A stretch of DNA of 64,000 nucleotides from Aureliella sp. (GCA_963691875.1 OY829846.1:3328001-3392000); one strand, 5' to 3'; shown: positions 31,600 to 43,446, counted from the first letter of the stretch. Notes: generated from the letters alone by a model not told the origin. Made by a program: numbers and translations.

Positions 31600-32271
31600 T
31601 TATTTCTTGCCTCTCGGACTCCCGACCTTCTCGGCCGAATCACCCGTCGAAGACATCCGAAAGTTGCGAACCGAGAGTTTGCCGTGAGCGAAAGTCAACA
31701 TGACCATGTTCTTGTCGCGAGCTAGGGCAGGGTGATCGATTTTAGTATGAAAGTCTCCGATCCTTAGCGTCGCGTGCTTCCCGTTCAGGGAGAGCTGCAC
31801 TGGTACCCACTTTCCGTTCACCGCTGGTAGATTCGGCATACCTTCAGGTTGGATCGTGTCGCCTTTATTCTGCTTCGAGGATTTTGTTGCCCAAGCAATA
31901 ATGCGTGTTGGAACCTTCGACTTTCCGGCAGGTGCGTCTTCCCTTTGGTCGGCAAGCGTCACACGGAAAACATGTCCGTCGCCGTTAAGAGTGAAGACAA
32001 CGCGTCCGCAGTCTTTGGCCTTCATCTCAAACTCGATTTTGGCGTCATCGAACTCGCGAGGCCACTTCAGAATCGGACCGTGGTTTTTAAATTTCTTGTA
32101 CAGCTCTGGGTCGGCGATGCAGCTGGCAATTCCATCTCGAAACTGCCATGCACCGCGTTCCGCCAATCTGCCTTGGAGCTTTGCGCCGCGGAAATCATCG
32201 ACGAGCTCATCACCAGCAGCCACTGATCCAGCGAGAAATATTACGAATCCGAGCGAGAAGATCTTGTGCAT
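31600..32271 (-). CDS. Secreted hypothetical protein (concanavalin/DUF1080-like beta-sandwich)
   Basis: Signal peptide MHKIFSLGFVIFLAGSVAA; GAWQFRDG, IEFEMK and VRNFR patterns. Confidence 0.6.
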   Translation of the reverse strand: MHKIFSLGFVIFLAGSVAAGDELVDDFRGAKLQGRLAERGAWQFRDGIASCIADPELYKKFKNHGPILKWPREFDDAKIEFEMKAKDCGRVVFTLNGDGHVFRVTLADQREDAPAGKSKVPTRIIAWATKSSKQNKGDTIQPEGMPNLPAVNGKWVPVQLSLNGKHATLRIGDFHTKIDHPALARDKNMVMLTFAHGKLSVRNFRMSSTGDSAEKVGSPRGKK

Positions 32272-32918
32272 GCAAGGTTCCAACTTGAGTAGGGGATTGA
32301 GCGACGACCGGGCCAAATTTAACTTCTTGAAATCTGACTCTTGATCGCATTGTGGCCGCGTTCTTCGGGATTTCCCGCCTTCGGGCACGAGTCAGCAGAG
32401 CCATCATAGCGTCCCATCTTGAGCTAGCCTTGCCCAGACTTCAAAAGAGTCTGTGCAGTGTTGCCGATCGCTCCGCGATCCTCGCGTTGCCTTACGAAAC
32501 GTAGTGGTCGAGGTTCAGAAACCGTGGTTATACACCCACCCCGCGCATACTGACTTTACGCATAGCATGCAGCCTCTAAGACTTTGGGCTTGCCAAGGGA
32601 GCATCGCGAGCACGACATTTGATCCCACGAAAAGCAATAGGACCACCCAGGAATCCTAGTCGCCTGAGGTAGGTTGTCGCAAAGCGTTGACAAATAGTTT
32701 GCGCTACTCATGACCCGCGTTACGATCGCGAAGCGATCGGCGACTATCAGCAGAATCCAAGATATCGGGTACGAGGTAGATGTTATCGGATTCATCACAG
32801 CTGGGAAGAAGCTCCTGAAATATCGAAAGCCGGAGCGCCCAGTTTGTTTGAGTTGTGGGCTTAGTAACCATCGCGATTTTCACAGAGCCCTTTGGACGCC
32901 TAAGCGACCGAGCGTGTT

Positions 32919-33777
32919 TTGTCTGCTCCAGATCAATCTACCCCACCCAATTCCCCTCCTCGTCGCTCACGATTCCTCAACCTCAGGCTTGCCGCGATCC
33001 TCGTTGTAATGGCCGGCGGCATTGCCTTCCTATGCTTATGGAATCTTGGTGACGGCCGAACGGAAAGTCAGACAATCTCTTTCTCCCATATCCATGACGG
33101 CAGGGATATAACGTTCATCGCGATTGAGTTGGCGGAAGACTCCGCAATACCTTGGGCGAAGCCCGTCGACGTGGTGTACGACGAACAGTTTCCAAACTTC
33201 AATGGTGAACTCCAACTTGCAAACCTAGCATACATCGCTCTTGGCGACGGCGGGATTTTCTCTTTCCCGCTTACACCCGAGATCGATCGAGAAACTTTTC
33301 GCGAGTCGATTTCAATCGCCGGTGGAAAGCATATGGTTCGTAGAGATGTGTTTCAATCATCCAGCTACTATCCGAATGGCGTGAAATCTGGCAAGCATCA
33401 ACGGGAGGGATGCAGAAACCTACACTCAAGAGGCTCAGGCGAGAGTCGATCGTATGAAGCAGTTCAAGAAGGTGATTCAAGCTTTGCATTCGCACCACCG
33501 AGACAAGGGGCACCTTCCGCCTGCTGTCGTTTATGGAACAGATGGAAAGCCGTGGCACAGTTGGCGAGTCTTGACTCTGCCTTACATGGTGGGTCAAAAC
33601 TACATCTACAAGCAGTATGATTTCAGCGTGCCCTGGGATGCGTTGCAGAACCAGAGGATCTTTGAACTTATACCTGAGCCCTACGTTTATGCTCAGTTTC
33701 CGAGTCCGACGAGCTATAACACCTGCATTGCATTGATTACCGGGGAAGGAACTGCTTTCCCTCTCACTTCTCAGTAG
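32919..33777 (+). pseudogene. Fragmented DUF1559-domain gene
   Basis: The first frame has the C-terminal motif DGRDITFIAIE...IPWAKPVD; the second has the N-terminal motif GHLPPAVVYGTDGKPWHSWRVLTLPY and ends prematurely. Confidence 0.65.
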
Positions 33778-33952
33778 CAATTCTCAGTTGAACTCATGAA
33801 CCTGCATCAGTGTGGAATTCGGGAAAACTGAAGTGGCTTGTTGTGCGACAGCTAGCACTGGCAGACACCGGTGGGATCAGGCTGGTTGGTTTTCGGAGGT
33901 GTTGCCTTCGTGCCCTTCTTGGTTCCCTTAGGGGTCTTTATTCTCCTCGTTA

Positions 33953-36900
33953 CTAGCGGTACTGGAGTTGGACGCTGACGGTGGCGGGTTGGTGGCATCG
34001 GGCCCGAATCCAACGAGCGGAAAATGCGGCTGGAAACTCATGGTGCATCGTTGCACCGGCGGGAACGGTAAAGGTCTGATAGGGCAGCCATAAACCACTG
34101 CCGTCAATTTCGACTTCGAGCGTGATTTACACAGCCTGCTTACTCGCGTGTTCCATCTCAACTGTCTTGCGATCGTAGCCGGCCATCAAGTAAGGATCGG
34201 AGACAGCTCCGGCTGCAACGTCTTCATCGAGCCAGGGACCGCCACGACCAACGGGCTTGTCAAGTTTCCACAAGTCATCAATGCCGCCGAACCAGAGCGC
34301 CGTCTTTCCGTCGGAATGCTGGAATACATGCTCGTCCATTGCCGCCGCATCTTTTCGGACTCCGGTTAGCACTAACAGCCCGTTCCAAGTGCAAAAATCT
34401 GCGATGCGTTTGCAGTGACTCGAGACAGGACGCATCTGATGCCATGCTGGTGGAGCTCCGTTGGTGATCAGAGGAATTTCATAGAAAGTACCGTGGATGT
34501 TCGCCAAATGGCGTTCCGATTCGACTTCGCGTGCAACGCGAGGCCAGCCTGAAGTGAATGGCTTGTCGAAGGCAGAATCTCCCTTGGGTAGTCGATAGCG
34601 CTTGCCGGCCACGTGCAAGACAACCGAAGCCCTGTCCACCTTGAACTCGGGTTCGACGTGAAGCAGTGTCTTCAGAGCTTCGTCTGGCTGGTTGGCCTGA
34701 AACTCGAATTCGGCCTTCGTGAACTCATAAAACTCACCGTCGCCGGCGATTAACCTCAAGTTGCGATTCCGCTTGGCTGCGTAGACTTGTCCTTCGAAAG
34801 CGGTCGCGTCACTCGCGTCGGCTAGGCCGGCGAAGAGTTTACGGTTGCCTGGCAAACTACCATCGGCAAAAACCCTGGTCGTTTGATGGAGGAATGCAGT
34901 TGCGACGCAATCGCGGTCTGTGACAAAGCGAATCCACTGCGCATCCAGGTCTTCAGGTGGATAGTAGATGGTATTGCCACCAGCTGGTACTCGGACTGTC
35001 TGCAAGTCGGACCAAACCCCAGTTCCGAATGCGTCTACTTGGACCGTAAACGTGACGGACTCCGACGATATAGAGAGCTCAGGTTTTTCAGGACGAGTGA
35101 CCAGAACAGAGAAGGGGGATTGGATATTCACGGGCCTGGTAGATTTAGCAACGACAAAAGCAGTGTGAGGCATGCCGTAGGCGCTTGGACTGTGCTCCGT
35201 TTCGTTGGCTGGGATCGTGACTTTACCTGCCGGAAACTCACGGACGTAGACTTTGTCGCTGAACTTGTTTTCCCAGCGCGTGCGCAGTTCGGTCAACTTC
35301 CAAGCACCGTCGAGTTCTGGTTTGCCTCGTGAATCAACGGACAAGTAAACGGTCACAGGCTGATCCACAGTAAATGCAAAACCGTTCGCCGGCTTGTGCC
35401 AGTCCCCGCGATAGATGCTGACGCTTGGAACGGACCGAAGTATCTCAGGCAACTGATCAAACGCTTGCTTGTCCGAGGTTCGTGGAACGGAAACAGACTC
35501 CTGTCGCTTTCTTCCGACGGCGAGATGCACGACGCGACGATCGAAGCCGGCGACCAAAAACGGATCAGATGGAGCATCCGCTTGCACTTCGTCTTCTACC
35601 CAAGTTCCGCCGTAGCCAGTTGCCGGGCCCCATTTCTTCAATTCCTCGTACTTGCCGAACCAAAGGTTGCTCTGTGGCTGGCCAGCAAGTGGATTTCCTT
35701 GAATGCTCGTTTCATCGGACGCCAGCACGATTTTGCCATTCCAGTCACAGAAGTCGGGAACATATCGCAGGTGGCTGCCGATGGGGCGCAGACCGGCAGA
35801 ATTCTTCGCTGAAAAGGTCAAAGGAAAGTCGTAAAACATGCCGTGCATATCCATCATCCAGCGACCGCCCGTGATCTCGCGGATGCGTGGCCATTCGGTA
35901 TACCAGCCGTGACTTGCATCGTTACAGTAGGCGGCCTTTGGTAAAAGAAAGGTATGCCACTCACCGTTGTCTAGGACTTTCAAACGTACGCTGCGGCGGT
36001 CCCAGCCCATTGACCAGATCGGATCGTCACCGTCGCTTCCGCCCGCGATTCCACTCGGTCCGGTGACTTCAGTGAACTGCCGACGCTCGACGATCTTCCA
36101 ATTCTCGCCATCAAATTCGGCCAGGACGCCGCGTTCTTCTTCATTTTTTGCTTCACCGCCGACAAGGATATCTTTGTAGGTGCCCACATGGAGTTCGCCA
36201 TTGTTGGAGAGCACCAAGCGTCCTTGCGAAGTGTAGCCCCCCTTGCCGTGCCAGCCTGGAACAGGCTTTTTGAACAATCGTTTCACGGCTAGGGTATGCA
36301 CATTGGCTTCCCATACGGATCCCTCCATATCAATGTAGTACACCATATTCTTTGGATCGCGCAGGTGACGAGCGATGGCTGTGACACGCATGGGCATATC
36401 AGCAGGAGAAATGGTCCGCACTTTGCCACGTTCATCAACAAGGTGATGGCCGATAAGGAGTTGCTTGGATTCAGCGTGAATCATCCGTCCCGCGGGCGTG
36501 CCGCCGACGCTTTCTGGATGCACGGTCATCGGCTGGGACAGATCTGCTTCCACGGAGTAGAGTTTGTGTTCGCTCCCGCGCGGCATGTGTGGCGCGTAGT
36601 TGACCATCCACAGTTTGCCCGCCCAAGGCACAATGGCTCCGATCCCGCATTCGTTTTGGCCGCCTTTGTAGTGAGCTCCATTTTGGCTGTAGACGCCGTA
36701 GGTCGTCAGGTGCGGATAAACACCGCTGATAAAAATATCAGTTCTCGGCGTTTCCGTCGGCTCGGCTGGGATCTTTGGTGCGGTCGTCTCTTGCCGGACG
36801 GGTTTTTGCTTTTCAGAATCCTGCGTGGAAACAGTTGGCTGAAACGCAACCAGTTGAGTTTTCAAGTCTTCGGAGAACTGTGCTACGTGACTTCGGTGTT

Positions 36901-38258
36901 CAGTCTGTTCAGCCAGGTTAGTGAGTTCGGCAACGTCTTGCTCCAAATTACAAAACGCGGCGAAAGTGCCGCTAACTATCTGGGATTCGATGTACTTCCA
37001 GCACGCATTACGGAGGGCCCAGAATGGCTTGCTCCCGAGTTGCGAGGTGGGAGCTTCGTAGAGAAAACTCGTCCGCCAATCACTCGGTCTCTCGTTGCGG
37101 GTGACGATTGTCAGTAAACTAAAGCCGCGAAGATTCTCGGGTATCTCGATTCCGGCGAGCTCGTAGAGCTTAGCGGTCAAGTCGATGTTCAGCGCGATTT
37201 CATCCCTCAGTTGTTTCTTAGCACCTGGGCCCATAATCGCCATCAGCACTCTCATGGACTCTTCATAGGGCAACTCTTCATAGGGCAGAACCTTACTAGC
37301 CATCCCGTGCTCGCCCAGCATCCAACCGCCTTCCCCCATGAAAATGATCCAAGTGTTGCCCATCAACTGTTCGACCTCAAGTTTATCGAGCAACCGACCT
37401 AGCGCCACGCCCACCTGATGCAAATAAGCGTAAAAGCCTCTTCTATGCTCTTGAATCTTCGCAGTTTGGTCATAGCCGTATTCCAAGCCTCGAGAGCGAT
37501 TTCGCGCGGTCTTCAAGTACTCTGGCTTGCCAGCTAGATCATCATTCCATGACTTTGGCAGAGTCATCTCACTTGTCGAATACTGAGTCAGAAACTTCGG
37601 CTTGGCGTGCCCAAAATAGCAATGGTCCACATGTGGGACTTGCGTGCACAGCCGGAGAGCAAAGGGCTTTTTCGATTCAACAGACTGCGAAACGAACTCA
37701 AGAGCTTGGTCAACAGCGACATCATCGACCAAACCTGGCGTGACTGCGGTTTCGTCATTGGTGGCAAAGCAACGCTTATACCAAGTGCCATTTGACCGGC
37801 AGATGGAGGAGTACTCGAATCCACATTCCTCAGGCGAATTGCGAGTGCCATTTGCCAGTTACCCCAGTGGCATACCCATGTTTCACAAGATCCTGTGCAA
37901 AGGTCGTCTCGCCCTCAGCCAGAGCGCGTTTGCCAATTGCGGTGACACCATTGAAACTTGCGTAACGGCCCGTCAGGCATGCCGTGCGACTCGGCGAGCA
38001 GATGGTAAGTGTGACGAAAGCGTTTTCGAATCGCGCTTCCGATAAGCAGATTCGATCCAGACTTGGAGCTTTAATCCTTGCGTTGTCAACCGCCGAAAGG
38101 CAGTCCCAACGGTGAGCGTCCGTCAGGATGAACACGATGTTGGGCTTGGATGCGCCTCGCGTTTTCGGTTGGGCATTCGCGGCATGCGTAAAGTTCTCTG
38201 CAAGCTGAAGAGAGGCGATGCAAGCAAGTAGCAGCGAGAGGGATTTGGTGAGCATCAT
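33953..38258 (-). pseudogene. Sulfatase fused to a large uncharacterised domain; disrupted by one frameshift and one nonsense codon
   Basis: PNIVFILTD and CSPSR in 37830..38258; frameshift after GKWH (about 37845) into the 34127..37732 frame; in-frame TAA at 34127, after which the frame continues to TAG at 33953. Confidence 0.8.
37258..37287. repeat. 15 bp tandem duplication within the sulfatase pseudogene
   Basis: ACTCTTCATAGGGCA twice, giving LPYEELPYEE. Confidence 0.9.
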
Positions 38259-38584
38259 CGTATTTTGGTGAAGGATGATTCCGATGGGGAATTTCAGCCG
38301 ATCGTCTTAGCTACTTTTCCCTACGCATCGGGTCCTTGAGAAAGAACCGGAAAGAGAGGTAACGCAAAGCCGTCGGTCAAAAGAGCATCTTGGGAAAGCG
38401 GTTGGACACCCATGAACTTAAAAATTTAGCATTGCTTGTCAAAGTCTTCTCGTTCATATCCGGAAGCTGATATTCGGGCTATTTCTCCTCGGACTAGTAC
38501 CTGTTATGGCGATCAGATGAGGTTCCTCAATATGACTAAAAAGATCCGTTGCTGGGAAAGGATCTAAACTGCGCATAGGAATTT

Positions 38585-38860
38585 ATGCGACTGCTCGGGC
38601 AAACGCAGCTATATCGCTTTGCGTACTTGATGAGTCTGCCGAATAACCGTGAAGTTACAGAAGAACTCATTCAAGAAACGAATTTGGTCCTGTGGCGCGA
38701 GTTCGAAAACTCTGAGCCCGGGACGAACTTCACTTGTTGTCTTTCGCAAAACACAAGAGTCGTAACAAGGCGGCCTAGTTCATGCTTTCGCTGGTTCGCG
38801 TCAGGAAAGCCTGCCAGGACCGATTCTCAGGCTGTGGAAGTAGCTGCGGTCTGCCCCTAG
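38585..38860 (+). pseudogene. Truncated ECF sigma factor (region 2 only)
   Basis: AYLMSL...EELIQETNLVLWREFENSEPGTNF, then similarity is lost; no region 4. Confidence 0.7.
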
Positions 38861-38887
38861 AAGCCCGTCTTTAGGAGGTCGCTATCC

Positions 38888-38908
38888 CAACCCGAAGCAT
38901 CCGCGAGG
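38888..38908. repeat. Degenerate half copy of the AACCCGAAGC REP-like element
   Basis: CAACCCGAAGCATCCGCGAGG resembles the left arm at 61823. Confidence 0.5.
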
Positions 38909-39035
38909 CAACGGACCAATGAGATGCTTTTTGAAGTTGAGATGGTCGAAGCGAATCTTCTTGTAGGCCGGATGCAGCTCACGCCGTGACGCAACCTTGG
39001 TTGAACAAAAAAAGCGGAGTTTGAACTCACTCTTG

Positions 39036-40055
39036 CTACTTGGTCTTCAGAACAGCAAACCGACCGTCGGAGCCAACAGCAAAAATCTCCTCGCCAGCCT
39101 TGGACAAGGCGTGAAAACCGGTATCGCTAAATTGCTCCCAATTTTCGCCGTCCTTCGAGTAGTCGCTGCCAGTCGGGCCGGTGGCGATCCAAGTCCCGTC
39201 GTCGAGGCAGACAACGGCCGAGCGGAACTTTGCGGGTGGTGACTTGGCTGCCTGCCAAGTCTTTCCGCTGTCACGACTAACAGCAGCCGTTAGAGGCGAA
39301 TGCTCTCCCAAGCGATAGTCACCGCCAACCGCGACAACTGTATTGCCCGAAGCCGAAAGCGAAAAGATGCCTTGCTCTTGTCTGCTAGGAATTGGAACGC
39401 TCGAGGCAGACCAAGCTTGATTCCAGCCACCACGCCAATGCACTCGACTCTCTTTTTCCTTGCCGCCACCAGTGCCAATCCAAACCTTGCCGCCCGGCCC
39501 GATGATCATCGAAGAGTCACTAGCAGCAAAGCCAGCTTCGCCTTCTCGTGTTTTAGGAAGTCCGGTGACTTCTTGCCAAGTTCCGCCACCATCCTCGGTT
39601 TCAACCACCAGTAAGGTGTCGTCCACCGGATCGCCGAAAGCGATTCCTCGTGTCCCCCAAAACGCCAAGCCGTCAAAGAAAGCTTTCTCCGATACATTGC
39701 GGTAGACTTCGAGCCACGATTCGCCGCCATCCTCGGTTCGTAAAATAACGGCCGGTGTTCCTGCGCTGGCAATACAGGCTTCGCGTTCGTTCCAAGCGTG
39801 AATCGAGCGAAACTGCAGCCTGCCCAAGCCGGGACTCGTATCCGTCCAGCTTGATCCCCCATCAGTTGATCGCAGTACCGTTGAATCCGCACCTGCAATC
39901 CAAACAACCTTGTCCGACACGGCGTGCATACCGCGAAAGCTAACTTTGGAGCCAGTCGGACCAAGTTCCCAAAAAAGTTCTTTTTGTGCAGAAGCTGATG
40001 TGGCCGCAAGTGTAGCAAGGAAAAAGAAGATTGCGGAGCGAATCATGGGAAGCAA
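39036..40055 (-). CDS. Ycf48-like/BNR-repeat beta-propeller protein
   Basis: Repeated STDGGSSW, TEDGGESW and SRDSGKTW Asp boxes; FFDGLAF and EAGFAAS motifs; signal peptide. Confidence 0.8.
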   Translation of the reverse strand: MLPMIRSAIFFFLATLAATSASAQKELFWELGPTGSKVSFRGMHAVSDKVVWIAGADSTVLRSTDGGSSWTDTSPGLGRLQFRSIHAWNEREACIASAGTPAVILRTEDGGESWLEVYRNVSEKAFFDGLAFWGTRGIAFGDPVDDTLLVVETEDGGGTWQEVTGLPKTREGEAGFAASDSSMIIGPGGKVWIGTGGGKEKESRVHWRGGWNQAWSASSVPIPSRQEQGIFSLSASGNTVVAVGGDYRLGEHSPLTAAVSRDSGKTWQAAKSPPAKFRSAVVCLDDGTWIATGPTGSDYSKDGENWEQFSDTGFHALSKAGEEIFAVGSDGRFAVLKTK

Positions 40056-40136
40056 GTGAGAGTAGGAATCGAGAAGGACGGAGAGGACTTACTATAGAGT
40101 TACAGTGCGGAGAAATTCTGGCGAATCCCACTACGT

Positions 40137-41015
40137 TTAAGAGGTGAGTTTTTCGAAGATCTCACGCTGCTCAATCATGGCTTTGACTTTGTCAGCTGGA
40201 TTGGTACGAGCCTCGAGCAAGATCCAACCTGAGTAATCCATCTTGGTGAACAGTTTCATTAGGTTTGGATACGGATAATTGCCAACGTTCATCTCGCGAA
40301 TATGGACCGTGTCGCCAAAACGGTCTTTAACCATATTGAAGTTCACTTCGAGACCATCACCTTCAAGATCCTGGTTATTGCAGTTCCAGCAGACATAGAC
40401 GTTCGGGTGATCCGCGACTTCAAAAATGTCACGTATCACTGGCAAGTCGCTTGTTCCCTTGCCGTGGACCTCGACTCGAATCTTTTGGCCGAAACCTTCG
40501 CCATACTCGGCAACTTCGTTAAGTGCTTTGCCAATCTGTTCGATCGTTTTCTTCTTGTCGCCACCCTTTGGAAAACCATTGGGTTTGACTTTCACACCCG
40601 TGCCGCCGCAGTCGTGCATCAGCTGGATAAACTCTTTCGTCTGCTCGATATTCGCCTTTAGCTTGGCTGGATCATCCGAGTGATATTCGCAATTAGAACC
40701 GTAGCCGACAAGTTCTACTTTGGAATCACGAAAACGCTTGCGAATTTCTTTGCGTTGCTTCGCATTCAATGAAGGTTCGACTCCATGTTTGTGCTGTGTT
40801 CGAACCTCAACGCCCCAGAACTCTGCCTTCTCGCAGTTGGTTATCAGCTCCTCCAGATTCATGTCCTTGCCCCACAGATAAGTCACTAAGCCCATGAACA
40901 TGCGACTCTGGGGTGACGAAGTCGCGGCGTTGCCCAGACGTGGGAGCGAAGCCGCTGCAACGGTGGCGGCACTGGCTTGTAGGATCGTTCGACGATTTGG
41001 AAAGGAGGGGTTCAT
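40137..41015 (-). CDS. Sugar phosphate isomerase/epimerase (TIM barrel) with Tat-like signal
   Basis: NRRTIL signal; VEVHG, TVHIRE and ILLE metal-ligand motifs. Confidence 0.8.
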   Translation of the reverse strand: MNPSFPNRRTILQASAATVAAASLPRLGNAATSSPQSRMFMGLVTYLWGKDMNLEELITNCEKAEFWGVEVRTQHKHGVEPSLNAKQRKEIRKRFRDSKVELVGYGSNCEYHSDDPAKLKANIEQTKEFIQLMHDCGGTGVKVKPNGFPKGGDKKKTIEQIGKALNEVAEYGEGFGQKIRVEVHGKGTSDLPVIRDIFEVADHPNVYVCWNCNNQDLEGDGLEVNFNMVKDRFGDTVHIREMNVGNYPYPNLMKLFTKMDYSGWILLEARTNPADKVKAMIEQREIFEKLTS

Positions 41016-41130
41016 GGCGGGAATCTTTTTACAAAATGTTAGGGGGGGGAGCAGACCGAAACGGAATTGTTAGCCAACGCCTTAGGAACTGAGCATTCGC
41101 CTGCTTATCAGCATAGCCGGTATTTCTCAG

Positions 41131-42342
41131 CTAAGTATTGTCCGCCTCAGTAGCATCACGCAACATTTCGTAAGCATTCGGCAAAGCACTGGTGACTCGG
41201 GACCAAGCCGGGCTGAATGGTGGTTCCGCACCGCCAGCCATATATTCATCGCCGGCCGCAATCAATATCCGTGCGAACAGCTCCACGATACCCGCTTCCG
41301 CATGCCGGTCGAGCGAAAGACCGCTCATCACCGCATCATTGTGATAGTGATCGATCATGTCCAACGCAGTGCGGTAGTAGCATGCCTTGAGGGTGCGGAA
41401 TAAACCTGGAGTGAACACGATGCCTTCAATGGCCAGCTTACGATAGATGGCTTTGCAAATATCGCGAGCCATCCGGTGCAGCCCCCTGTTTGAATCATTC
41501 TGCGAAATGTTCTGGTGCTTGTGATCATAAGCATCGGCAATATCGACTTGGCAAATCTGATTCCAATTGCAGTTGCGATACATTTCCGAGAGCGTGCCGA
41601 TCTCCAAGCCCCAGTCGCTCGGGATTCGCAGGGAAGGAACCACTTCCGCTCGCATCGAGAACTCGCCGGACAGCGCATAGCGGAAGCTACTCATGTACTC
41701 AAGGTACTCGACTCGTCCGAGAACCTGGACCAGTGCCCGCAGCATCGGAGTAACAAGCAGTCGGACAACACGACCGTTCAGCTTTCCTTCGGCGGCGCGA
41801 TAGTAATACCCTTTGCAGAACTGATAGTGAAAAGTCGGATGCACGAGCGGGTAAAAAAGTCGCGCGGGGATGGCCCGGCTGTAAGTCAGGATATCGCAGT
41901 CGTGCAGTGCAACCGCCTTCGACGTTCCTCGGGCAAGAAAATAGCCCAAACAGAACCAAACGTTCCGGCCTTTTCCGAGCTCTCCAGCCAAAATGCCTTT
42001 CTCTTCCAAGGCTCGATCGACCGAACGCATTTGCGGCCCGTCGTTCCATAAGATGGTGTGCTTTTGGGGTAGAGCAGCAAAGAACTTGCGAGCTTGCTCA
42101 AACTGGGCCTCGTTGGCGCGGTCCAAGCCTATGATGATTTCGTCGAGGTAGCTGGCTCGCTTGAGCTCTTCCACGATGGGGCCCATCGCTGGGCCTTCCA
42201 ATTCCGAAAAAAGACAAGGCAGCAACAGGGTCATGGGCGATTCCTGACTGTAGTCCGTCAGTTCCGCCTCGAGCTGTTCTGTTGACTTGTGACGAAGGTT
42301 GTGAAGAGTGCCAATGACACCGTTTTGCGCATAGTCGGCCAA
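41131..42342 (-). CDS. gpgS: Glucosyl-3-phosphoglycerate synthase-like glycosyltransferase
   Basis: ADYAQNGVIGTLHNL, GKGRNVW, HDCDI, YALSGEF, DWGLEIG and YDHKHQ motifs; adjacent to a matching phosphatase. Confidence 0.75.
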   Translation of the reverse strand: MADYAQNGVIGTLHNLRHKSTEQLEAELTDYSQESPMTLLLPCLFSELEGPAMGPIVEELKRASYLDEIIIGLDRANEAQFEQARKFFAALPQKHTILWNDGPQMRSVDRALEEKGILAGELGKGRNVWFCLGYFLARGTSKAVALHDCDILTYSRAIPARLFYPLVHPTFHYQFCKGYYYRAAEGKLNGRVVRLLVTPMLRALVQVLGRVEYLEYMSSFRYALSGEFSMRAEVVPSLRIPSDWGLEIGTLSEMYRNCNWNQICQVDIADAYDHKHQNISQNDSNRGLHRMARDICKAIYRKLAIEGIVFTPGLFRTLKACYYRTALDMIDHYHNDAVMSGLSLDRHAEAGIVELFARILIAAGDEYMAGGAEPPFSPAWSRVTSALPNAYEMLRDATEADNT

Positions 42343-42420
42343 GCTTTCCTCCCGAATGCACGTCTGCCGATACTGCAGGCTCGTAATACAACGAGTTGCA
42401 TAAAGAGAATCTCTTCGGAA

Positions 42421-43260
42421 CTATAAGTTTGCTCCGAGTTTCTGCAGGACTGCTGTCACTGAGTCCGCCCAACCTTGCGCGCCAGCACTATCCGCCACCA
42501 GACCATTGTGCGCTTTTACTTCCACATGGACCACCCCGTTAGGCGATGGGATACCAATCGGGTAGTCAGCAATGTCGAGCATACTTTGGTCAATCGGGCT
42601 GTCTCCGATGGCGATCGAGGTCCAATTACCTGGATTCTTAGTCTGCAGATACGACATGACATATTGCATTGCATTGCCTTTTGAAGTCTGACCTGCGACA
42701 TGCCAGAATCTGCCACCGCGCGTGAAAGTAAGGCCCTCGTCTGCTAATTGCCTGGCAAAGAAATCTAACTTGACATCTGAGTCGCGCCAAAGTAGCGGCT
42801 CGGTCGATGCTCTTTGCATCGCTAACCGAGCTCTGCCCTCCGGTAGATCAGTACTTGCAATCACACCCGACAAACCAAGATCCTCAAAGGACTCGAAGTG
42901 GAACTCGCCCTTGAGTTTCTGCAGGTTTTCCAAGATTTGCTTTCGGGACGCTCCCAAAATCTGCCCCGGCGTAGAGTCTTCGCGACTCCAATACACAGCG
43001 CCGCCATTCTCGCAGATGATCGGTGCATCAGCGAGTTCCATTTCTTCTGCCAGCAAACGCATTTCCAAAACTGTTTTGCTTGAAGCGAGAATCACAGGCA
43101 GATTTAGATCGCGTATGGCCTGAAGCAGCGGAACTGCGGGCGCAAAACTGTAGTCTTCTTTGTTCAGCAAACAACCGTCTAGGTCTGATACGATGGCAAT
43201 CCGTTGGTTCACGCTTTGGGTTCTTTCAGTTTTGGCTCTATCGGTGGCGGAGGTCGTCAA
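42421..43260 (-). CDS. Glucosyl/mannosyl-3-phosphoglycerate phosphatase (HAD-IIB)
   Basis: DLDGCLL, SSKT, ICENGG, GGRFWH and GDSPID motifs. Confidence 0.85.
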   Translation of the reverse strand: MTTSATDRAKTERTQSVNQRIAIVSDLDGCLLNKEDYSFAPAVPLLQAIRDLNLPVILASSKTVLEMRLLAEEMELADAPIICENGGAVYWSREDSTPGQILGASRKQILENLQKLKGEFHFESFEDLGLSGVIASTDLPEGRARLAMQRASTEPLLWRDSDVKLDFFARQLADEGLTFTRGGRFWHVAGQTSKGNAMQYVMSYLQTKNPGNWTSIAIGDSPIDQSMLDIADYPIGIPSPNGVVHVEVKAHNGLVADSAGAQGWADSVTAVLQKLGANL

Positions 43261-43446
43261 GACTTTCGGGGCTGTTCAACTTTTCCTCGGCGAAATGCAG
43301 TGAGGTAACCGTCGACTAGCGCCAAAGCAGCTCAGGTCGAATGGGGGCAAACAAGGTTTTGGCTTGGGTGAGCACCATCGCATCCAGCAACCTTCGAGAA
43401 AATTTCACAACTCGAAGCTTAAGCGACGAAAAGACTGGTAGCCCGG

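Noticed and set aside
32400..32900. Short ORFs between the hypothetical gene and the DUF1559 fragments
   Set aside because: No coherent motif on either strand.
37830..37860. Programmed frameshift in the sulfatase fusion
   Set aside because: No slippery heptamer is visible and the gene has other lesions.
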